Below the pieces are notes generated by a model, which made no database searches, was not told where the DNA came from, and worked only from the letters and a program-made list of their open reading frames with translations. A stretch of DNA of 64,000 bases from a phage. This document shows, one piece after another, positions 1 to 8,323 of the stretch. The stretch lies in assembly GCA_025812035.1 (NCBI GenBank), contig GCA_025812035.1_4719.1; one strand, 5' to 3'. The translations under genes were made by a program, and so were the position numbers. Numbering within the stretch: position 1 is the first letter of the stretch; every line of letters begins with the position of its first letter.

Positions 1-1665
1 TGCCCAACCGGTTTGTTCCCAGCTACCAGACAGAACACGATCGATGATTTCGTGACGAGCGACAACACGCTGAGACATCGACATATCGGTACGGTCGAAG
101 CTGTCTTCCCATGCTTCTACGGTATCCGGGTTAGTGATGTTCATCATGTACAGATCGTCCATATCGCGAATATCGTGACGGTTACCATCCTGGTGGTTGT
201 AGTGACCCAGCGGGATACGGTTACCGGTAGCGTAGACCAGCGGTTGACCGTATTGATATTTCTTGCTGAAGCAGCCCAGGGTAGTATCATCGAAGGCACG
301 GAAGAGTGCTTTGTAACCTTCAGAGACTTCCCGAACATCAGCCTCAACATTACCCGTATAGATCTTCTCAGCCGCCGGGATCATACGCAACAGCCAGCTG
401 TATTCGCCTTCTTCCGGCACGTCGATAGAAATCAGCAGGGACGGATACAGTACCTGTTGCAGGAACTTGTAAATCTGCTCATTGGTTTGAGTAGACAGAT
501 CCAGCGGTGCGGTAACTTCCGGATCCAGCACCATCGCCAGAGCACCCGGGTTATGCGGACCGATACCACGAGCAGCGTTGCTGATTAAAGACTGCGCCCA
601 TGCCATGCCGCTGTTCAGCGTAGCAATGGTACCAATCAGACCCAATACAAAAGTATTCGGTGTGAATGCGTCCAGCTCCAGCGGGTAAGCGCTGGTCATC
701 ACGTAACGCGGCTGGTATTGTACAGTCGGCGGTACCGGATAACCGTTAACCAGAACAGGACCTTGGTTGAAGGTCGGGTTCTGCGGGCTGTAGGTCAGGT
801 CGATATAGCCGGTAGTTGCGACCAGACGCTGCTGGCTATCGTAATCGCTCATCGCTTGACGGATGCGGTTAGAGATAGTTACAGTGATGTCGGAACGCAC
901 TGGGTTACCAACGATATCGCTGTCCTGCATACCGCTGGTGTTATACTGAACGCTGCTGATCGGCTGATCGCTTGCCATCATGCCCAGGTTGAACTGCGGC
1001 AGGCCCAGTTTATCACCGAGACGGATTTCGATTGCGGTTTGGATTGCGTTATCTGCAGCAGACAGCAGGGTGGTTGCCAGGTGTGCAGATTCAGCGGTGA
1101 TTTCATTGGTCACCACAGCCAGACCAGCGATACGAACAGTACCATTAGCCTTGCCACCAATAGCCGCATACATTGCCGCCATGACTTCGTTGATGAACGT
1201 GCCGTTCAGGTTATCAACCCAGGTACGCGGTACCAGAATGTTACCATGCGGACCTTGTTCTTCACGACGCGGCAGCGGAGCCAAACCGGCAACCAGCGGA
1301 AGCACATAACCGAAGAAGTGGTTATGATCACCAACTTTCGCACCACTCATAACCACCAGGGTCGGATACGGTACACTGTACTGACCAGGATCGACAGTCA
1401 CCATGATGAAGTCGTCTTTAAAGCCTTTATCTTCCAGTTCTTTTTCCATCAGACGACGGAGGTTCAGTACTTGCTCAGAACCGGTGTTACGGCTAATACG
1501 ACGACTCAGTGTACGGTTGATCGTACGCATCGTATGAGTCACTTTAGGCTGGCCAGCAAAGTCTGCAGCGGTTTCCAGCGCTTCATCTGCACGTTGTGCG
1601 GTGCGGGTTTCAGCTGCACGAATTTCTACATTATCGTTACCGTTTTTACGTACGTCTAAGCCCAT
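1..1665 (-). CDS. Abundant protein, 3' end beyond window (555 codons visible); candidate chimallin-like nuclear shell protein, alternatively major capsid protein
   Basis: Open minus-strand frame from ATG at 1665 to window edge (checked at both ends and mid-gene); RBS AAGAGGAA; preferred-codon bias; early-promoter-like motif ~70 nt upstream. Missed by ORF track (no stop in window). Confidence 0.5.
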   Translation of the reverse strand, partial: MGLDVRKNGNDNVEIRAAETRTAQRADEALETAADFAGQPKVTHTMRTINRTLSRRISRNTGSEQVLNLRRLMEKELEDKGFKDDFIMVTVDPGQYSVPYPTLVVMSGAKVGDHNHFFGYVLPLVAGLAPLPRREEQGPHGNILVPRTWVDNLNGTFINEVMAAMYAAIGGKANGTVRIAGLAVVTNEITAESAHLATTLLSAADNAIQTAIEIRLGDKLGLPQFNLGMMASDQPISSVQYNTSGMQDSDIVGNPVRSDITVTISNRIRQAMSDYDSQQRLVATTGYIDLTYSPQNPTFNQGPVLVNGYPVPPTVQYQPRYVMTSAYPLELDAFTPNTFVLGLIGTIATLNSGMAWAQSLISNAARGIGPHNPGALAMVLDPEVTAPLDLSTQTNEQIYKFLQQVLYPSLLISIDVPEEGEYSWLLRMIPAAEKIYTGNVEADVREVSEGYKALFRAFDDTTLGCFSKKYQYGQPLVYATGNRIPLGHYNHQDGNRHDIRDMDDLYMMNITNPDTVEAWEDSFDRTDMSMSQRVVARHEIIDRVLSGSWEQTGWA

Positions 1666-1727
1666 TTGGGATTCCTCTTTTCTTAAACTTTATTAAATGA
1701 CGTCATTGAATCAGCTTCTACTCGCTC

Positions 1728-1809
1728 ATTCACCTAGGTAATATAACCCTGAAATTTTTTTCAATATTGGTGTAACCGTATTGAACGATATAAACCCCTA
1801 GGTGAATGC
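1728..1809. repeat. 12-bp perfect inverted repeat ATTCACCTAGGT ... ACCTAGGTGAAT flanking promoter motif A
   Basis: Arms at 1728-1739 and 1798-1809, 58-bp spacer. Confidence 0.4.
1735..1770 (-). promoter_or_regulatory. early-promoter-like motif, copy A
   Basis: Plus strand TAGGTAATATAACCCTGAAATTTTTTTCAATATTGG; minus-sense TATATTACCTA preceded by A-tract; ~70 nt upstream of the 1665 start. Confidence 0.4.
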
Positions 1810-1919
1810 TGCCGAGAAGCAACATTCTTTCTACATATAATCAGGATATGTCTGTAAACTTTTACTTCTCTTATTGAGAGTAACATCATATCCGCTTACT
1901 ACCTTCTTACGGAGTTCGT

Positions 1920-3014
1920 ATGTTTCGTGTTTTAAATAACCTCCCGCGAACATCATCGGGTGTGCAACCCATCCCTCAGAAAGACTATCTGATACGCGAA
2001 GTTCAAAGAAACCTACAAACAATCCAGAACCACTATCAGGGTTTTACCTTCGCGGTTCAGAGTGATCACATCCTTGCGTTGCTGCTCGCACAGCTCCCTA
2101 TGAGATACGACATCTCTGTACAAACTTACTACGACATGATTCTCGATCTTACACCAGAATTGGGTAATCGTGTTAAGTTGACAACATCGAGATACGCAGG
2201 TAAGTTATTCGACGGAGCTTTCTATCCGGGATTGCATGAAGCCATCATCGCAACCGGTGAAAGCCGTCTTATTTCACGGGATGTTCTTGACAACTGGCGT
2301 AATTGGTCACCGGTTAGAATCGTGACGCACCCGTACGCAAATCTTCGTTACATTCCTCTTCACCGAAAACAGGTTGAAGAAGGACGAGGTTTCGCGGTCA
2401 TCATGGTCGATGTACCTTTATTAGCATTACAGTATCGAATGTGGTCTTTGGTCATGGGCCATAACGTCGACGGTAAATGGGTGGTTAAAGAACCGGTTAC
2501 GAGCTTCCTTGCGAGTTTTCCATTGGTTAACGCATTATACTCACACAACGATGTTGTCATACGCAACCGTTGTTTGTGGGTACCTCCGGCTAAGAATCCA
2601 CTCAAGTCGCCGATTTACGTTAACGACCTGGATAACGTATTCAGTCAAGTCGTGCTGTCCGTACAACATCATTTATTACGAAGAAGACGAAGCTACACCG
2701 ACATGCTTAAACAGATACCGAGTTTATACGGGGATCAGTACCAAGCAACCCGAATGGGCTACACCGTCGATCTTCGACAAACCCGATGGGCAAGGGATCT
2801 AGGCTGTATGTCATTATGGCAGCAGCTCGTCACACTGCAAAACGTATCTGAAAGCGTCGGGTTCAGCAGTCAAATCGATAATGATCTGTACCGCGCCGCC
2901 GACCGGAGTCTGAAAGAAGGTAGCTGGGAATCCTCTCCGTTACCCGGCGATTTGCGGCGTGAAGTTATCGCACAGGTTGCCGACCTCTTAAAAATTCTTC
3001 CTGCTGGGACATAA
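1920..3014 (+). CDS. hypothetical protein
   Basis: 364-aa ORF, GGAG RBS before ATG 1920, followed by strong hairpin 3016-3070. Confidence 0.6.
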   Translation: MFRVLNNLPRTSSGVQPIPQKDYLIREVQRNLQTIQNHYQGFTFAVQSDHILALLLAQLPMRYDISVQTYYDMILDLTPELGNRVKLTTSRYAGKLFDGAFYPGLHEAIIATGESRLISRDVLDNWRNWSPVRIVTHPYANLRYIPLHRKQVEEGRGFAVIMVDVPLLALQYRMWSLVMGHNVDGKWVVKEPVTSFLASFPLVNALYSHNDVVIRNRCLWVPPAKNPLKSPIYVNDLDNVFSQVVLSVQHHLLRRRRSYTDMLKQIPSLYGDQYQATRMGYTVDLRQTRWARDLGCMSLWQQLVTLQNVSESVGFSSQIDNDLYRAADRSLKEGSWESSPLPGDLRREVIAQVADLLKILPAGT

Positions 3015-3015
3015 T

Positions 3016-3070
3016 CACCTCATCCCTTTCCTTGCATCCTCCCAACCCGTAAAGGGAAGGGAGGATGAGG
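3016..3070. terminator. bidirectional hairpin terminator (GTAA-capped family, copy 1)
   Basis: CATCCTCCC-AA-CCC-GTAAA-GGG-AA-GGGAGGATG between convergent genes. Confidence 0.5.
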
Positions 3071-3078
3071 GTATTATG

Positions 3079-5232
3079 TTACTCTGCGGCTTCTTGCTTC
3101 GGTAAATAACTTGCAGCGATATCTTGAGCTAACAATGTATTATTTTTATTCGAGATGAAAATACCGTAACTTTCCATCAACGCGTAATACGAACGAACAA
3201 GCGTAGAGATCAGTCGACGAATATCCATACCTTGAATAAAGATATCAGGAAGCCCGGAGGCTTCGATCACCGGTAATGGTATCGTTAAATTACTTATTGT
3301 TTTCTTATCGTTACGTACAATCCAATCGCGGAAACGTTGTTGTAACCCTTTATCCTCCCATGAATCAATCCAATCATTAAGAAGCGTTTTGTTCTTCGTC
3401 GCCAACGGCACACGAACCCCAACATAAGGAGGTTCGGAGCAATGGCCGTACGATTGAGCAAACACCTCTTCCCACATATCGTAAGACTGTTTCGTTACTG
3501 CAACATGTGGTTTCACTTTAACACGTGTTAAGAAATCGGGGTCACCTCGTTTCATTGACTCAACGATTTCGTTTTCTAACGAGATGATATCATCAAGAAC
3601 CAATCGAATACTGATCTTCTCGTTACGTAACAGCTTATCCATGATACCACACATCATCCGCTCAACACGTTGGACGATCATCTTCGGCGCTGATGCGTCG
3701 CGCATAACTGGGCCTTTCAATTCCAGCTTCGGTGGATTGATAGGAACCCCTTCACGCATGGTCATGTAACCGTAATAGTTTTTACCCATCGAGGTTAACG
3801 ACAGGATCAAGAACATATATTCGTTCTTCATTTCCATCACGTACATATGCTCTTTCGCCACACCGATATTACCAGAGCACATCGCCATCAGATGAACCGT
3901 GATCTGTGTAACCAGATAGATAAGCGTGTTGGCTAAGCGCGTCGAAACTGGATTGATCTCCATATTCCCAAATCGCCACTGAACCCACTCCTGACAGGTA
4001 AATACCGTTGAGTCGGTATCGGACAACACCCCCACTTCACGGATCGCTGATGGGAAAGCATAAACACCCGCCGGTTGGTTCTCGGTACGCCAGAACGCCA
4101 TAATCAAGTCAGCGTAACCTTGAATACGTTGCAACATTAATTTTGTCGTTGCTGCGGTAAGACGATAACCAAGTTCATTTCCTTTTTCTAGCGCGACGTA
4201 AATCGCTTCTCCATTCAAGAACTCCGTGCATTGTGCTGTAATCCATGCGACGGTGTTGTTATCCATGGAAGCAATAATGGCTTTAGCTTCTTCCATCGTT
4301 TCAACAGGTTCGGATGCCAGTTCACATAACGAGTCAAGAAAATGACGAACGAATTCAGGATTAAGCTCACGTAACGAGTACAGGTTATTGCTGTACATAT
4401 AGCAAGCGCGTTCCAACGGGGTTAAACCAGTGATTAGCTCCCGGATGACCAATTCTTTCTCTGGGTCGAAAGTGTACCGATGCAAGCATTTCGATACGTT
4501 AGCCCAAACCTCTTCCGGCGTAGGGTAATGCAGTTTGTATTTTACCATCACCTGCTCAATGGCGTTACGATCGCTATTGCGAACAATGCTTACGATGTTT
4601 TCAATTGCGATATCACAATCGTAATAATGGAAATTGCCTGCCAGGAAGCGTTCATTGTTCGCATTGGCCGAACCTGAAGCGCAGCGACATGTTGTTGTTA
4701 AACTCGGATGCGCAATCGGATTATAAAACGGATTAAACTTGGACGCCTGTGTTCCCGACAAACTGTTGTTATCTAACTTGGTGTTGGTTTGTCGTTTATC
4801 GTGTAGTTCAGCTTCGTCTTTACGTCCGTGTGCTTGTGCTATCGACATTTGTTTCTTTTGTTTCTTACGCAACTTACCGTTTTCAACCGCAAAGTCGCTT
4901 AGCACGCTGGAACGTGTCTCGCGTGGATAACAGTTAGCCCATACCGGCGTGATAATTAAATTATTTTCTTTAATATCGTTGAAATATTGACTGAACTTGA
5001 TGACTTCTTTTTCTCGATTTCCTTCGGTACGCTGTGTTAAAACAAGACAGTCGGGATCAACCATCCCGTATTTTCCGCCAGGACGTACCGTATCAAGAAC
5101 AAACTGCAGCGCTTCCTGCTGCGATATCCCACGCATGCGCATTAAGAACAGGGTATAATCCTGCACCGCTTCTTTGGTCATATCCAACGTACGACCGTAT
5201 CCGTTTTCATCGTAAAAGAACGGATTTTCCAT
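3079..5232 (-). CDS. putative RNA polymerase beta-prime-like C-terminal subunit
   Basis: 717 aa; SGSANANNERFLAG resembles beta-prime SGARGS..RQLAG motif; GLTPLE resembles bridge-helix region GLTPQE; GGAGGA RBS. Confidence 0.4.
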   Translation of the reverse strand: MENPFFYDENGYGRTLDMTKEAVQDYTLFLMRMRGISQQEALQFVLDTVRPGGKYGMVDPDCLVLTQRTEGNREKEVIKFSQYFNDIKENNLIITPVWANCYPRETRSSVLSDFAVENGKLRKKQKKQMSIAQAHGRKDEAELHDKRQTNTKLDNNSLSGTQASKFNPFYNPIAHPSLTTTCRCASGSANANNERFLAGNFHYYDCDIAIENIVSIVRNSDRNAIEQVMVKYKLHYPTPEEVWANVSKCLHRYTFDPEKELVIRELITGLTPLERACYMYSNNLYSLRELNPEFVRHFLDSLCELASEPVETMEEAKAIIASMDNNTVAWITAQCTEFLNGEAIYVALEKGNELGYRLTAATTKLMLQRIQGYADLIMAFWRTENQPAGVYAFPSAIREVGVLSDTDSTVFTCQEWVQWRFGNMEINPVSTRLANTLIYLVTQITVHLMAMCSGNIGVAKEHMYVMEMKNEYMFLILSLTSMGKNYYGYMTMREGVPINPPKLELKGPVMRDASAPKMIVQRVERMMCGIMDKLLRNEKISIRLVLDDIISLENEIVESMKRGDPDFLTRVKVKPHVAVTKQSYDMWEEVFAQSYGHCSEPPYVGVRVPLATKNKTLLNDWIDSWEDKGLQQRFRDWIVRNDKKTISNLTIPLPVIEASGLPDIFIQGMDIRRLISTLVRSYYALMESYGIFISNKNNTLLAQDIAASYLPKQEAAE

Positions 5233-5293
5233 AAATCCTCCAAAAGTTATTTAGACTGTCTACATCATCTCGTATATCTGTTAAAAAAGAAGG

Positions 5294-5334
5294 ACGGCAT
5301 AAAAAGAACCGATCCAGCCGAAGCCAGATCGGTT
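5294..5334 (-). terminator. hairpin plus U-tract with TATGCCGT module
   Basis: Stem AACCGATC/GATCGGTT; minus-sense followed by CTTTTTATGCCGT. Confidence 0.5.
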
Positions 5335-5530
5335 TAAATGGATAATAACTGACAGAAAGATATCGATGATGTTCGTGAAACAAGATCTTCTCTCGTGTAC
5401 ATTGATGCCAGATCAGAGGGAGGTTGTAGCACGAGAGGTGGTTCGCCAAAGAAGGAATAAACACGCGAACCTATCTTAGTTTCACTGATGGCACTAACCA
5501 CTCAAAATATATAGTACTGTATGTAAAAGT

Positions 5531-5944
5531 TTACTGATTAATCAAGTCGTTAGCAACGATCTTGGTGTAACCTGCTTGATTGAGAATTTGATTAATTTTC
5601 GTCACGTCGGTCGCATCCTCAATAATGATGCTGGGTTTATAGATCAACGTCTTAGTAACGATGATTGTACTCTCCTTAATCCAAGGAATCCCTAAAATTA
5701 CATACTCGCCATCCGCAGTGATGACCTCAACGTAGTTGTACTTCGTCGGATCGTTCGGTACACTAGATGGGAGTCGGGAATAAATCTGTTGATGTATAGC
5801 GTCTACATCGCGGCCGTTGCGTACAGCCGTACGATAGTTGTATACGGCACTAATTTCTACTCCGTTGAAGTTAACCCCAAGTTCTGAAGCGTACACGTCA
5901 AAACTCACAACAGAGCCAATCTTTTCTAAATCAGAAGCTGGCAT
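5531..5944 (-). CDS. hypothetical protein
   Basis: 137-aa ORF, weak RBS. Confidence 0.45.
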   Translation of the reverse strand: MPASDLEKIGSVVSFDVYASELGVNFNGVEISAVYNYRTAVRNGRDVDAIHQQIYSRLPSSVPNDPTKYNYVEVITADGEYVILGIPWIKESTIIVTKTLIYKPSIIIEDATDVTKINQILNQAGYTKIVANDLINQ

Positions 5945-5959
5945 AATAGCACCCTTTAT

Positions 5960-6355
5960 TTAAAAAATGTATTCATATCCGAAAGCCGTCGCTGACCAAA
6001 CTCGGATAGATGATAGTGTTCCGCCACGATAAAACGTTTTTGTGAACTCCATATCCTGGACAACACGATAATAGACACGTCCGATGATACGTACAATAAG
6101 GTATCGCGGTAACGATCGCTCCTCGCAGTACTCATCGATAAAGTCATCGTCGATATCCGATAAGACAACATCTGCGATTTCTTGCAGTAGGTTCCTCATC
6201 AGCATCTGCCTTCCTTCGGTACCCCATCCAGACAAACAGTAATCATCTTCTGCCTGACTATAGATGTCGTTAACCGCCTGTTCGAGCAGCTGCTCAAGAT
6301 AGTAGTCATCGCGTTTTATAACGTGGCGACGGCGCTCAATGGCGTATTTTTCCAT
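5960..6355 (-). CDS. hypothetical protein
   Basis: 131-aa ORF in minus-strand operon. Confidence 0.45.
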   Translation of the reverse strand: MEKYAIERRRHVIKRDDYYLEQLLEQAVNDIYSQAEDDYCLSGWGTEGRQMLMRNLLQEIADVVLSDIDDDFIDEYCEERSLPRYLIVRIIGRVYYRVVQDMEFTKTFYRGGTLSSIRVWSATAFGYEYIF

Positions 6356-6804
6356 CCTGTGTTTCTCTTGTTTGGCGTATGTATTAACGACGCCACAGTC
6401 TTATCTGGATCGTCCCACAACGCACGACGAAAACTGGATACTACCATAACGGTAGGATAGATTTGCACAACCTCCCACCCGTAACGATGCGCGTTAGTCG
6501 TACGTCCGACATTAAACAAACATAGCTGATTTAAGAAACAAAGCTGCATCTTCGTAAACAACATGGTATCTTCGCGTTTAACGTATCCGAGAATATAAGC
6601 ATTCTCGAACGCCTCACGCGACAAGACGGGACGATTAAGATACCGCAACGCTAACACCAGCAACGTCGTTATACGCAACGGATCTTCCGGGTCATTCATG
6701 CTGTTCAGCTCAGCTTGTAACCAGTCAGGAATAGTAACCGTCAGACGATAGGTATCTGTTCCGCGATCAACCACATTCAACGTTGAAAAAGGCAACATAT
6801 CCAT
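6316..6804 (-). CDS. hypothetical protein
   Basis: 162-aa ORF, GAAGGAA RBS before ATG 6804. Confidence 0.45.
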   Translation of the reverse strand: MDMLPFSTLNVVDRGTDTYRLTVTIPDWLQAELNSMNDPEDPLRITTLLVLALRYLNRPVLSREAFENAYILGYVKREDTMLFTKMQLCFLNQLCLFNVGRTTNAHRYGWEVVQIYPTVMVVSSFRRALWDDPDKTVASLIHTPNKRNTGWKNTPLSAVATL

Positions 6805-7342
6805 GAATTCCTTCTATCTCGAGGTTATTCTCGCCTGTCTTCGGTAATAACCCACTGGCTGTTAACATCTGTGTCATCGAGTAGTCAAAACACGGAAATA
6901 TAAGGTTAACGGTTTCCTGGATCGCATCAACATAACTATAAATGGCTTCATAGTACTCACCGTCATGATCCACGCTAACCAGGTTCTGGCACAGTTCTTC
7001 GCTTATCATTTCATATACCGGCGGATAAAACGAATGAAATGGTCGCTGCATACGTAACGACCAGTACTCGTACGTTGTATACTGAAGCACGTCATAAGCC
7101 GATACGTTAATGCGATCGAAGAAAGCGTACTTGTCCATGTGCTGGTACAGCATCGCCAGCACGGTTTCCAAGCACACTGATATCCGTACACCGTCATCTT
7201 TTCCGTTAAGGAAATTAGGTTTCTGCCGATAGCGTACAAATGCTGACGGCTTTGATTGTACTATTCCACCACCAACCATAACGTCATACTCGTATCTAAC
7301 GTAAAATTGAAATGCCACCAATCTTCTACACGTGGGATCCAC
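6767..7342 (-). CDS. hypothetical protein (start uncertain)
   Basis: 191-aa ORF; listed start is GTG without clear RBS; internal ATG at 7279. Confidence 0.4.
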   Translation of the reverse strand: MDPTCRRLVAFQFYVRYEYDVMVGGGIVQSKPSAFVRYRQKPNFLNGKDDGVRISVCLETVLAMLYQHMDKYAFFDRINVSAYDVLQYTTYEYWSLRMQRPFHSFYPPVYEMISEELCQNLVSVDHDGEYYEAIYSYVDAIQETVNLIFPCFDYSMTQMLTASGLLPKTGENNLEIEGIHGYVAFFNVECG

Positions 7343-7746
7343 GTACGAAGGATCTGGTTAACTTCGCTTCGCATTACCGATAAACGACAACGAAAGTCAA
7401 ACTTCTCTTCATGACCGTAGTCTTCATGCAAGAAAACTTCATCCAAAACGAACTCAAGTTGCATGTCGACATCGCGACCCGAGATATTTCGTTTATACAG
7501 ATACAGTTCAATCGTGTCGTAAAGCAGTGTATGAATATCATAATTTCCGTTCGGTGAGAAGTAAGGTAATCGCTCATCGAACATCGTAAACAGATATTCA
7601 CTGTAGTTTAATAACGGGATGATGTACCGACGTCCTGTCTGTGGTGTGCGAATATGTATCGAAACCTGACTTGGACGCGGAATAACCGACGGCTTAGAAT
7701 CGTCTCTCTGAAATTGCTCTAAAGATCGCAACAAAGGTGGCCGCAT
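7261..7746 (-). CDS. hypothetical protein
   Basis: 161-aa ORF, GGAGAG RBS. Confidence 0.45.
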   Translation of the reverse strand: MRPPLLRSLEQFQRDDSKPSVIPRPSQVSIHIRTPQTGRRYIIPLLNYSEYLFTMFDERLPYFSPNGNYDIHTLLYDTIELYLYKRNISGRDVDMQLEFVLDEVFLHEDYGHEEKFDFRCRLSVMRSEVNQILRTWIPRVEDWWHFNFTLDTSMTLWLVVE

Positions 7747-8323
7747 TGTAACTCTCCAACGCCCAATTATAAGGCCCTTCTAACATGTGTTCCCATACGT
7801 GAATAAACTCACTACCGAAGACAGGCTCCAGCGCCATGGTAAGATTCGTAAGTTCTGACGCAGCCACGTGGTAAGCATCGACATGCCTATCCATCGACGG
7901 ATCGTCTTCATTGAAAATACGTTCTGTGTCGCCAGCCCGTTCAATAAGTTCGATGATGAGATCTGTCCATGTCTCGTGACACGTCATCGTTTCCTGTTCT
8001 CGACTTAGTATGCCGATGTCTGCGTGAACGCTGGACTCGAACCGGTCTAAAAGGACCCGAAGAACGTGCACCTTGTCGATGTATTTCACCGTTATCCAAG
8101 AAAGCGGTTGCCATCGACCCAGCATCCATCCGGTACTCGGGAACCCCAAACTCATATAGTACGGGTTGCACGGGACCGAGGACGGAGCGACGTTGTTTAA
8201 ATCGTTCCTTAAGGGCAAGGCCCTGTTTAATGTAAACGGGTTCATTGGCGAGTTGTTCTGCTTTTCGTTTTGCGTGAGCCAATCGAAGTTCTTCCAATTG
8301 CCCAAGCCATTCGAATTGTTCAT
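7694..8323 (-). CDS. hypothetical protein; possibly the 3' part of a frameshifted gene with 7941-8918
   Basis: C-terminal ~150 aa look protein-like, but no convincing internal start/RBS. Confidence 0.35.
   Translation of the reverse strand: MNNSNGLGNWKNFDWLTQNEKQNNSPMNPFTLNRALPLRNDLNNVAPSSVPCNPYYMSLGFPSTGWMLGRWQPLSWITVKYIDKVHVLRVLLDRFESSVHADIGILSREQETMTCHETWTDLIIELIERAGDTERIFNEDDPSMDRHVDAYHVAASELTNLTMALEPVFGSEFIHVWEHMLEGPYNWALESYNAATFVAIFRAISERRF

Noticed and set aside
13-1659. Plus-strand ORFs 13-588 (191 aa) and 718-1659 (313 aa)
   Set aside because: Both are antisense to a continuous, codon-biased minus-strand frame running from 1665 to the window edge; their products are low-complexity and lack RBS.
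3079-5232. DTDS and KNYYGY motifs suggesting a family-B DNA polymerase
   Set aside because: The motifs occur in the wrong order (C-like before B-like) and no DxxSLYPS motif A is present; RNAP beta-prime-like motifs fit better.
5207-5464. 85-aa minus-strand ORF in intergenic region
   Set aside because: Spans the terminator/promoter module and overlaps the preceding gene's start; product has no protein-like features.
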